Origin: Chiloscyllium plagiosum
Taxonomy: Eukaryota
Direction: 5' to 3'
NCBI RefSeq assembly: GCF_004010195.1
Contig: NC_057719.1
Location: 86,769,667 to 86,807,357 of the forward strand
Length of the DNA: 37,691 nucleotides
Shown here piece by piece: positions 25,073 through 34,891 of the stretch; the first letter of the stretch is position 1; each line of letters begins with the position of its first letter. The notes beneath the pieces were generated by a model. The model was not told where the DNA came from and ran no database searches. It saw nothing but the letters and a program-made list of their open reading frames with translations. The position numbers and the translations under genes are program-made.

Positions 25073-25519
25073 CTTATACATATTCTCACCCAAACTTTGA
25101 TGTATGAGCAGGTAGGGAAATAGTTAAGTTTAGGGTTGCGGTACAAAGGCTCAGCTAGCATGCCTTTCACCAGCTAAGAACTTGCAGTAAACAGTGAGGT
25201 GCTGGAGGCAAGGGTAGTGGTTTAATGAAATGAAGAACATCTATCGTGTAATGCCAGATGGCTTAATCTTTACTGTTGATGCTCGCTGATTATAATGGTC
25301 ACCCAATCAATATAGATGCTGCCCTATTTGAATGCTCCCCCCCTGTAAATGACTATATAATTCCTAAAGAATCTGCTGTCTAAGAGAAGACCGAGAACTC
25401 ATGTCTTTGTGTACATGGGTGATCACTCTCTCTTTAGGGCTTGGAATAAAGATGAAGAAGGTAGAGCCATACTGTTTCTGAGTGTTTGCTTCAACTGATA
25501 TGGAAATGGGAAGACAATA
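25073..25519 (+). repeat. 5' LTR (first 16 bp displaced by micro-inversion)
   Basis: Aligns with 32216-32645 at roughly 88-90% identity by manual count; CCAAT ~25303, TATA-like tatataa ~25354, AATAAA 25445-25450; ends ...ACAATA (CA>TA). Confidence 0.92.
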
Positions 25520-25520
25520 T

Positions 25521-25538
25521 TGGCGAGCCAGGTAGGAG
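25521..25538 (+). promoter_or_regulatory. Primer-binding site complementary to tRNA-Arg(ACG) 3' end
   Basis: TGGCGAGCCAGGTAGGAG vs expected TGGCGAGCCAGCCAGGAG (16/18, from recalled vertebrate tRNA-Arg-ACG), 1 nt after the LTR end. Confidence 0.85.
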
Positions 25539-27106
25539 TCCACATGAATAGTTATGATCAGACAGGGTCAGTGATCTCCTGGAACACCAGTATCTCGAGA
25601 TGGTCAGGCCCACAAGATAAGATTTTAAACCTTGGTCCCTCTCAATATTCCTGTTTGTTGAAAACAGTCCCTTTGTTCAATCGCTTTCTATTCCGCAGAC
25701 TCCTCGAAGGGTAATTAGTTTAGTTGAGAGACACAGTTCCATAAACGCGTTGACAAACAGGGGTTCGAGTCCCCTGGTTTAATTGTGGTTCGAGTTCCTT
25801 CAGTAAAAGGAGTTTGGAGTACGACAGACATGAGGTTTGAGGCTCTGGAGCATTTAAAAAAGAAAATTAGAAACCAGGAACTTGAAAGAAAATATCGAAA
25901 CAAAATTTTGTACTTCTTTAAGTATTCACGTTTGTATCCCACATCTCCTGTTAGAAGTACTTTTCGGACAACATAGCATCACCAGGAAAAGGGGAAGAAA
26001 GTGGAGCCAGTCCACTTAGATCCTGACAGTAAAGTATAGTGACTACCAGGGAAACTTTGTCTGGGTTTTTATTGTGGGCGTCTCAGTTTCTAAGCTGTGG
26101 ACTCGACCTGGCGAGTCTTTGTTCTGGGGGAAGAGAGTGGCTTGCACTGTGGCGTCATGTGGTCCGTTGCGAGGGTTTTCTCTTTTTATAAGTGTAATTT
26201 CATCGAGAGGATGCAAGAAAAATAAAAACGAGAAATGCTGAAATTAAGATTGTATCAATATTTGGGTAGAAAAAGGAAGTTTCGCTGTAAATTGTGCCAT
26301 GCTGAGAGTGTTTGATATTTAAATATTTTAGTTTGTTAAACTACTGGTTCAGAAAATCCTTTTAAGTGACTGTTTTGCCTTGTTTGAACCAGGATCTCAA
26401 TTTAGTGTGTTCTGTGGTCTATGTAATAGGGCAGATTTTGATTTTTTTACATTAATATTATACATTAGGTCATTTTTAAAATTATCAAATATGTCACCTT
26501 AAAACAAATTGATTGACGACCTTGAGCCCCTGATTTGTTTGAAATTCTACAACAATAGTCATGCTTTAGCCAGATGAAAGTATTGTGTTAAAATACCTTT
26601 GCTGTTTTTTTAAAATGCAGAGTGTTCACAAAAAAGAATGCATTTTAATTTTGATGTTTTAAGATTTTAGAGAACACAGACCTTGAGGCTGAGCTGTTTA
26701 AGCTCTGTCAATTATTGTTAAGACTTCATTGCCCCCCCTTAAAAATACAAATTGAAAGAATGCTAATCTTTACAAAAAGTTGCCACTGTAATTCTGACTT
26801 TTATTTGGGAACTTTCATTTGGAGAACATACTTTAATATATTCTGTTTTTGTTCCCCATGAAAATTTGAGATTTAAATCTGAACTGAAACTGCCTCTTCG
26901 ATGGCTAAAGCACAGGGAATAATTTGTTGTTTCCTTGCTGTTACAGATTTTTGAAATACTTTTCCTGACAGCTTTCACATTAGCCAAGTATCAATTTGTT
27001 AAAGGAAAATAATTTTTGAATAACCTGAATGAGGTCCCCCGAGGGTTTGATTTTAGGACCATTGATTGTTATTTATAAGTGACTGAATTGTTCAGGCAGT
27101 ACAATT

Positions 27107-30100
27107 TAGAACATAGAACATTACAGCGTAGTACAGGCCCTTCGGCCCTCGATGTTGCGCCGATCTGTAATACCAATCTGAAGCCCATCTAACCTACACT
27201 ATTCCATGTACGTCCATATGCTTGACCAATAACGGCTTAAATGTACTTAAACTTGGCGAATCTACTACCATTGCAGGCAAAGCATTCCATACCCTTACTA
27301 CTCTGAGTAAAGAATCTATCTCTGACATCTGTACTATATCTATCACCCCTCAATTTAAAGCTAGGCCCCCTCGTGCTCACCATCACCATTCTTGGAAAAA
27401 GGCTCTCCTTGTCCACCCTATCTAACCCTCTGATTATTTTATATGTCTCTATTAAGTCACCTCTCAACCCTCTTCTCTCCAACGAAAACAGCCTCAAGTC
27501 CCTCAGCCTTTCCTCATAAGACCTTCCCTCCATACCAGGCAACATCCTAGTAAATCTCCTCTGCATCCTTTCCAAAGATTCCACATCCTTCTTATAATGC
27601 AGTGACCAGAGCTGTACACAATACTCCCCAAGTGCGGCCGCACCAGAGTTTTGTACAGCTGTAGCATAACCTCACGGTTCCAGAACACGATTAATAAAAG
27701 CTAAAACACTGTATGCCTTCTTAACAACCCTGTCAACCTGGGTGGCAACTTTCAAAGATCTGTGTACCTGGACACTGAAATCTCTCTGCTCATCTACACT
27801 ACCAAGAATCTTACTGGTTACTCCGACCAAAGTGAATCACCTCACACTTGTCCGCATTAAACTCCATTTGCCAGCTCTCAGCCCAGCTCTGCAGCTTATC
27901 AATGTCTCTCTGTAACCTACAACATCCTTCGTCACTATCCACAACGCTACCGACTTTAATGTCGTCTGCGAATTTACTAACACACCCTTCTACGCCCTCA
28001 TCCAGGTCATTTATAAAAATGACGAACAGCAGTGGACCCAACACCGACCCTTGCGGTACATCACTGGTAACTGGACTCCAGGATAAACATTTCCCATCAA
28101 CCACCACCCTCTGTCTTCTTTCGGCAATCCAATTACTTATCCAAACTGCTATATCTCCCACAATCCCATTCCTGCGCATTTTGTACAATAGCCTACTGTG
28201 TGGAACCTTATCAAACGCCTTGCTGAAATCCAAATATACCACATCAACTGATTTACTCTCATCTACCTGTTTGGTCACCTTCTCAAAGAACTCAATAAAG
28301 GTTTGTGAGGCACGACCTACCCTTCACAAAACCGTGCTGACTATCCCTAATCAAATTATTCTTTACGAGATGATTATAAATCCTATCTCTTATAACCTTT
28401 TCCAACACTTTACCAACAACTGAAGAAAGACTCACTTGCCTATCATTAACAGGATTGTCGCCAATTCCCTTCTTGAACAGGGGAACCACATTTACTATCA
28501 TCCAGTCTTCTGGCACTATTCCTGTAGACAATGACGATTTAAAGATCAATGCCAAAGGTTCGGCAATGTCCTCCCTGGCTTCCCAGAGGATCCTAGGATA
28601 AATCCCATCCGGCCCAGGGGACTTATCTATTTTCACACTTTGCAGGATTTCTAGTACCTCTTCTTTGTGAACCTCAATCACACTTCGTCTAGTAGCCTGT
28701 ATCTCAGTAATCTCCTCGACAACACTGTCGTTTTCTAGAGTGAATACTATCGAAAAATATTCATTTAGTGCTTCCTCTATCTCCTCTGACTCCACACACA
28801 ACTTCCCACTACTATCCTTGATTGGCCCGAATCTTACTCGTCATTCTTTTATTCCTTAAATACCGATAGAAAGCCTTAGGGTTTACCCCGATCCTATCCG
28901 CCAACAACTTCTCATGTCTCCTCCTGGCTCTTCTGAGCTCTATCTTTAGGTCTTTTCTGGCTACCTTGTAACCCTCAAGCGCCCTGAGCCTTCACATCTC
29001 ATCCTAACATAAGCCTTCTTCTTCCTCTTGACCAGAGATTACACTTCCTTCGTAAACCACGGCTCCCGCGCTCTACAGCTTCCTCCCTGCCCGACAGATA
29101 CATACTTATCTAGGACACACAGTAGCTTTCCCTTGAATAAGCTCCACATTTCTAATGTGCCTGTCCCCTGCAGTTTCCTTCCCCATCCTATGCATCCTAA
29201 ATCTTGCCTAATTGCATCGTAATTGCCTTTCCCCCAGGTGTAACTCTTGCCTAGTGCTATCCACCTATCCCTTTCTATCACTAAAGTAAACATAACAAAA
29301 TTATGATCACTATCACCAAAGTTCTCACCTACTTCCAAGTCTAACACCTGGCCGGGCTCATTACCCAGTACTAAATCTAATGTGGCTTCGCCCCTAGTTG
29401 GCCTGTCTACGTACTGTGTCAGGAAGCCCTCCTGCACACACTGGACAAAAACTGACCCATCTATAGTACTTGTACTGTAGTGATCCCAGTCAATATTTGG
29501 AAAGTTGAAGTCGCCCACAACAACTACCCTGTCTCTCTCACTCCTATCAAGAATCATCTTTGCTATCCTTTCCTCTACATCTCTGGAACTATTCGGAGGC
29601 CTATAGAAAACTCCCAACAGGGTGACCTTTTCCTGCCCATACTACCTCAGTTGACGAATCCCCCAAACATCCTTTCTGCAACTGTAATACTGTCCTTGAC
29701 CAACAGTGCCACACCTCCCACTCTTACCATCTTCTCTTTTCTTACTGAAACATCTAAATCCTGGAACCTGCAACAACCATTCCTGAACCTGCTCTAACCA
29801 TGTCTCCAAAAGGCCACAACATCGAAGTCCCAGGTACCAACCCATGCTGCAAGTTCACCCACCTTATTCCGGATGCTCCTGGCGTTGAAGTAGACACACT
29901 TCAAACCAACTTCTTGCTTGCCGGTGACATCTTGCGTCCCTGAAACTTGATTTTGGACCTCCCTACTCTCAACCTTTTCTATACTTGAACTACAATTTTG
30001 GTTCCCACCCCCCCTGCTGGATTAGTTTAAACCCACCCCAACAGCCTTCGCGAATTTCTCTCCCCAGGATATTGGTATCCCTCTGGTTCAGAAGAAGACC

Positions 30101-31240
30101 ATCCTGCTTGTAGAGGTCCCACCTATCCCAGAAAGACCCCCAATTATCCAAGAATCCAAAACCCTCCCTCCTGCACCATCCCTGTAGCCACGTGTTCAAC
30201 TCCTCTCTCTCCCTATTCCTTGCCTCACTAGCACGTGGCATGGGGAACAAACCAGAGACAACAACACTGTTCGTCCTAGCTCTAAGCTTCCATCCTAGCT
30301 CCCTGAATTTCTGTCTTAAATCCCCATCTCTCTTCCTACCTATGTCGTTGGGGCCTATGTGGACCATAACTTGGGGCTGCTCCCCTTCCCCCACAAGGAT
30401 CCCAAAAACACGATCAGAGACATCACGAACCCTGGCACATGGGAGGCAACACACCAACAGTGAGTCTCTCTTGTCCCCACAGAACCTCCTATCTGTCCCC
30501 CTAACTATGGAGTCCCCAATAACTACTGTTCTGCTCCTCGTCCCCTTTCCCTTCTGAGCAGCAGGGACAGACTCTGTGCCAGAGCTCTGTACCCCACTGC
30601 TTTCCCCTGGTAAGTCATTCCCCCCCAAACAGTATACTTATTGTTGAGGGGAATGGTCACAGAGGATCCCTGCACTGCCTGCCGATTCCCTTTCCGTCCC
30701 CTGACTGTAACCCATTTGCCTTTTTCTTGTACCTTAGAGTGACTACCTCCCTGTAACTCCTCTCAATAGCCCCCTCTGCCTCCCCAACGATCCGAAGTTA
30801 ATTCAGCTCCAGCTCCAATTCCCTAATGCGGTTTGAGGAGCTGGAGTTGGGTGCACTTCCCGCAGATGTAGTCAGCAGGGACACTAGTGGTGACCCTTAC
30901 CTCCCACATTCTGCAGGAGTAACATTCAACTGCCCTAACTTCCATTCCCACTATTCTAAATTCCCAGAGACTGTCGAAAAAATAAGGAATAAAAAAAAAA
31001 ACTCGTTACCTTACCAATCTGGCGCACAGCTCCTGTTTTTGGATTAGAGGAGGAGGAAGGATGGGAGACACTACCTGAGTAGTGTTTCGGGTAACACAAC
31101 CACACAAATATATGACTTCCTAGAAGTCCTTCGCTCCTCCCTCACACCTCTCGGCAAATGGAGGCCCGACTCGCGAGGCAAGTCCCTTTTAATGCGGGAA
31201 AACTCACCCTTCCTGGCAGCCCTTGCTTCACTACTCCTCT
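27107..31240 (-). mobile_element. Near full-length CR1 LINE nested in the LTR element; ORF1 (C4 zinc finger + SGNH/GDSL esterase) and ORF2 (APE endonuclease + RT), disrupted
   Basis: ORF1 ATG 30945 MEVRAVECYSCRMWE...YICGKC, VVIGDSIVRGTDRRFCG (29990-30628); EN GVFYRPPN...GDFN...DSDHN (29039-29617); [39 protein letters not shown]; (CATAGAA)n tail at 27107-27120. The 5' boundary is approximate. Confidence 0.95.
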
Positions 31241-31527
31241 TTATGGATTGTATAAAACTTGATAATGTCATAAATAGTGAACAGAGTAACAGACTTCAGG
31301 ACAACTGAGAATGTTGAAATAGGCAGACACAATTTAGTGTAGCTAAATGTGTGACTGTTTTCATATTGATACCCACCTTGGCAAGGAAGCAATAATAGAG
31401 GAAATGCAAAGATACTTTCAGCAGCTAACAGTCTCTAGAGTTTCTCCATTCACAGATAAAGCACTCCTTCGGAACACCGCCCGCCCCTCCACAATCTGAT
31501 CCAATGGATTCAATCAGCTACCCAATC

Positions 31528-31852
31528 ATGAGCAAGAAAAGTGAAGAAGCTAACAATGGTGATGAGGAGGTTCGTACGCTTTTTGTCAGTGGCCTTCCAA
31601 TGGACATTGAACTACATGAGCTTCACCTTCTCTTTCAATCATTTAAAGGGATATGAAGGTTCACTGATCAAGCTAACATCAACACAGCCAGGTGGCTTTG
31701 TTACATTTGATAGCAGAGTGGGAGCAGAAGCAGCAAATAATGCTGCGTTCACCTACCCTGCTGCTGCAGGTGCCACACTTCATGCTCAGATGCGCTAGTA
31801 TCCTCCGTCCGAAGCATCTCCACAAGAATGGAAGTCTAGTCAGTTTTGTTAA
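31528..31852 (+). pseudogene. RBPMS2: Processed (intronless) RBPMS2/Hermes-like retrocopy, internally deleted, inside the LTR element
   Basis: [41 protein letters not shown](+1 frameshift ~31651)[65 protein letters not shown]; matches the RBPMS-family RRM N-part and C-terminus; the Ala-rich AFTYPAAA and (W)YP favour RBPMS2 over RBPMS. Confidence 0.88.
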
Positions 31853-32203
31853 ATATTTAAATGCCCTTATCCAAGAATTCAGATTTCTCCGTGGAGTGAC
31901 GTGCAAGGACAGACTGGATTTTGTTTTCAGGTTGGACTTTACTGAAGATGATTTTGGATAACTGGCTCGTTTCCTCTCAACTTGGAGGGGATGGAGTAGT
32001 CACTAAGGACTGTGGGTTTAAGAACTTTGCTGGTGAACTTTTTTCCCCACGGGAGGATCTTGCAGATTCTATTACTGCATGGACTAGTATTTTTTGTTGT
32101 TATAATCACTGCATGTTGCGTGTCAATAACTTGCTTAAGTACTGGCAGTTAGATTCTTGGGAAGAAGGTGGTACTGTCATCTAGGTGGTTATCATGAAAT
32201 GAT

Positions 32204-32215
32204 AAGAAGAGGGAA
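32204..32215 (+). promoter_or_regulatory. Polypurine tract
   Basis: AAGAAGAGGGAA immediately before the TG start of the 3' LTR. Confidence 0.85.
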
Positions 32216-32645
32216 TGAGAATGTGTATAAGGTATGAGCAGGTAGGGAAAGAGTTAAGTTTAGGGTTGTGGGACAAAAGCTCAGCTAGCATGACTTCCAC
32301 CAGATGAGAACTTGCAGTAAACAGTGAGGCGCAGGAGGCAAGGGTTGTGGTTTAGCAAGGTGGAGAACATCTATCGTGTAATGCCAGATGGTTTAATCTT
32401 TACTGTTGATGTTTGCTGATTGTAACAGTCACCCAATCAATATAGTTGTTGTCTTATTTGGATGCTGTTCCCTGTAAGCGACTATAATTCCTTAAGAATC
32501 TGCTATTTGAGAGAAAACTGAGAACTCATGTCTTTGTGTACATGGGTGATCACTCTCTCTCCAGGGCTTGGAATAAAGATAAAGAAGGCAGAGCCATACT
32601 GTGTCTCTGAGTGTTTGCTTCAACTGATACGGAAACGGGACAACA
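32216..32645 (+). repeat. 3' LTR
   Basis: TGAGAATG...GACAACA (TG...CA termini), AATAAA 32572-32577, followed by TGGG TSD 32646-32649. Confidence 0.93.
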
Positions 32646-32811
32646 TGGGCATACAAGGAAGGATCACCAGTGATTCAGATCAGAGACCATGTCAATGGTC
32701 TCAATCCTCCCCATTCCAAACCCAAAACTCATGCCCCGTCACTCTTGTATCACTGACAGCCATGCTTTCAGTCATCTCAGCCCCACTCTACCCAAATCCC
32801 TGATCTTATGT

Positions 32812-33134
32812 CACTCCATTTGATCCACCATGATCCTCCAAACAGCATCCCAACCAGACCAAGGCCCACACCTTATTTCTGTAACCCCACGTTGCCCGTG
32901 GCTAACCCACCTAACATGCACATCCCATAACACAATGGGTAATTTAGCATGGCCAATCCTTCTAACCTGCACATCTTTGGACTGTGGGAGGAAACTGGAG
33001 AAACTGGAAGAAACTCTTACAGACACAAGGAGAACATGCAAACTTCACACAGATAGTCACCCAAGGGTGGAATCAAATCTGGACCCATGGTACTATGAGG
33101 CAGCAGTGCTAACCACTGAGCCACCATGCCACCC
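32812..33134 (-). mobile_element. tRNA-derived V-SINE (HE1-like)
   Basis: Minus strand ggtggcatggtggctcagtggttagcactgctgcctca head, then V-domain tgtgtgaagtttgcatgttctcc...ctccagtttcctcccacagtccaaagatgtgcaggttag...attggccatgctaaatt. Confidence 0.88.
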
Positions 33135-33504
33135 ATTTATGATAATTCTTAAAGTCCAGCCCTAAGGAAAAGCATTAGATACCCCCATTACACACTCCCT
33201 TACATCAAAGGATAGGAAAGGGGACTGGATCTGTGGAGCTGACTCCCTACCTCCGCTTTCCCCATTTCTACTATCTATGGATTTTTGGTGTGGTATTCTC
33301 CTCATCCAGACATGCAGGGGAATAGAAGGGCTGGCAGCTCTTCAATAACAGAGGATCAAGGGCATAAACAATCCATATTACAGCCAGCACGAAACTCCAG
33401 CACCAGATCAAGAGATGGTGACTGGGATTGGAAATCTTGGCTGCTACTCCCCAGTGCTCTCTTGTGCATAAGCTTCGAGTTCAATGTTAGTCTCAGAACA
33501 TCTG

Positions 33505-34441
33505 TGCCAAAACTCTCCAGTCTGAGATGGCAGGTCACATGCTTGAGTCTCTTTCCAGGGATTCAAGCACATAATCTGGGCTGACAAATGAAGTGCAGCA
33601 CTGAGGGAATGTACCATTTTCAGAGGAACATATATCACAGTGAGCTTTCACCTGATCTTTCAGGGGAGTTTGTAGGATTAAATAATGATCTCATATCAAA
33701 AGGCAGTTATCATAAATTGAATTGAATTGAATTTCACATTCATCGTGATGGAGAGAAGAGTGGGTGTAAACCTAGTGTTTTAAAATGAAAGAAAGGCAAT
33801 GAGGGTATGAAGATAGTGCTGGCCAAAGTGAACTGGAAAATAAATAGGTAAAGGATAAATCAGTAGAAAGGCAATGGCAGACACTTCAGGAGATATGTCA
33901 CAATGTTCAGTGAGAAAGAAAGATCTTGGAGATTTGACAGAATGGATACTGACAGAATGCTCCTTATGAGAGACAGTTTAAAAAAAAACTTGCATTAATA
34001 TGGAGAACAGGAGAAATTATTTTTTCCAAGATTTGTCTTTTGTAGAGAGCAATGGAGGCCAGATTAATGAATTTTTTTTTGAGGCAGAATTAGACAGATT
34101 CTTGTTTGACAGGGGGGTGGAGGGGGCAAGACATTAGATAAGCCATGATCTTGTCAAGTGGCTCAACAGCAGCTCGAGAGGATAAATAGCCTACTCTTGT
34201 TCCTGGTTTGAGTTTCCAGCCAAATGAGGAATATATCCATTATCAAATTATCCCTTGAACAATATTGTTAAAACAGATTATTTGGTCTTGATCACATTGT
34301 TGTTTGTGGGAGCGTGTCGTGGGTAAAGTGGCTGCCACACTTGCTACATTTAAAACAATAACTACATTTCAGAAAGTACTTCATTAGCTTCAAAAGCCTA
34401 AGGGACGTGCTGAGACTGTGAAAGAGATTATGGAAGTGCAT
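33505..34441 (+). mobile_element. Deu-domain SINE (SacSINE1-like) split by old CR1 fragments (~33690-34210)
   Basis: 5' part agcacataatctgggctgaca...gtgcagcactgaggga; 3' part aaaacagattatttggtcttgatcacattgttgtttgtgggagc...tggctgcc...aagtacttcattagct. Confidence 0.65.
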
Positions 34442-34594
34442 GCCAACAGAGATTAGTAAAGTTCTGACTGACAATGGTTTGCACAGCATAACTGGGGATC
34501 ACCTGAGATCTGAATATTTGAAGCCAACATCGAGACTTGGCCCGAGTTACTTTACAGTCCGTCTCTCACTCTCTCATGCACACGCGCGCCATAC

Positions 34595-34891
34595 CTGTCT
34601 CTCTCGGACTTGCTGGTCCATTTTCTTCGAGACCTCGACTGTCTTGGCGAACATGAGGACCCCAGAGGCGAGCCTGTCCAGACGGTGAATAGTGTGCAGC
34701 TCTGTCAGGCCATGCTCTTTTCCCAGTATAAAGATGACAGTGTTATGTCGGAACCGGCCACAGGGGTGCACAGGAATGGAAGCCGGTTTATCCACCACCA
34801 CGACTTCCTGGTTCTGGGTCAGTATCGTTAATGGCTGATCAGTAACAGGAGGCTCATGCCTGTGCACTGTGTTCCTCATGAAATCATTGTT
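34595..34891 (-). CDS. RPUSD2: RPUSD2 penultimate exon (catalytic Asp motif)
   Basis: Acceptor gtgtcttag, 297 nt: NNDFMRNTVHRHEPPV...VVDKPASIPVHPCGRFRHNTVIFILGKEH...HRLDRLASGVLMFAK...VRERQ, donor GTATGG; joins in frame to VEKEY. Upstream exon not found in the window. Confidence 0.95.

Larger units (their letters stand above)
25073..32645 (+). mobile_element. Non-autonomous LTR retroelement / ERV-like provirus in RPUSD2 last intron, antisense to host gene
   Basis: Paired LTRs, PBS, PPT and 4-bp TSD TGGG; no gag/pol/env ORF recognisable in the ~2.5 kb of internal sequence outside the nested CR1. Confidence 0.9.

Noticed and set aside
25037..25093. N-terminal 19 aa of ORF 24308-25093 as a protein start
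   Set aside because: Intronic read-through upstream of the splice acceptor; partly made of the inverted LTR start.
24153..25123. Plus-strand ORFs overlapping the RPUSD2 exon
   Set aside because: Antisense shadows of a GC-richer coding exon.
27237..29900. RT inside the LTRs as the element's own pol
   Set aside because: It is a non-LTR CR1 RT with APE endonuclease, in the opposite orientation and with its own microsatellite tail: a nested insertion.
33060..33134. tRNA gene
   Set aside because: tRNA-like head of a V-SINE, continuous with the SINE body.
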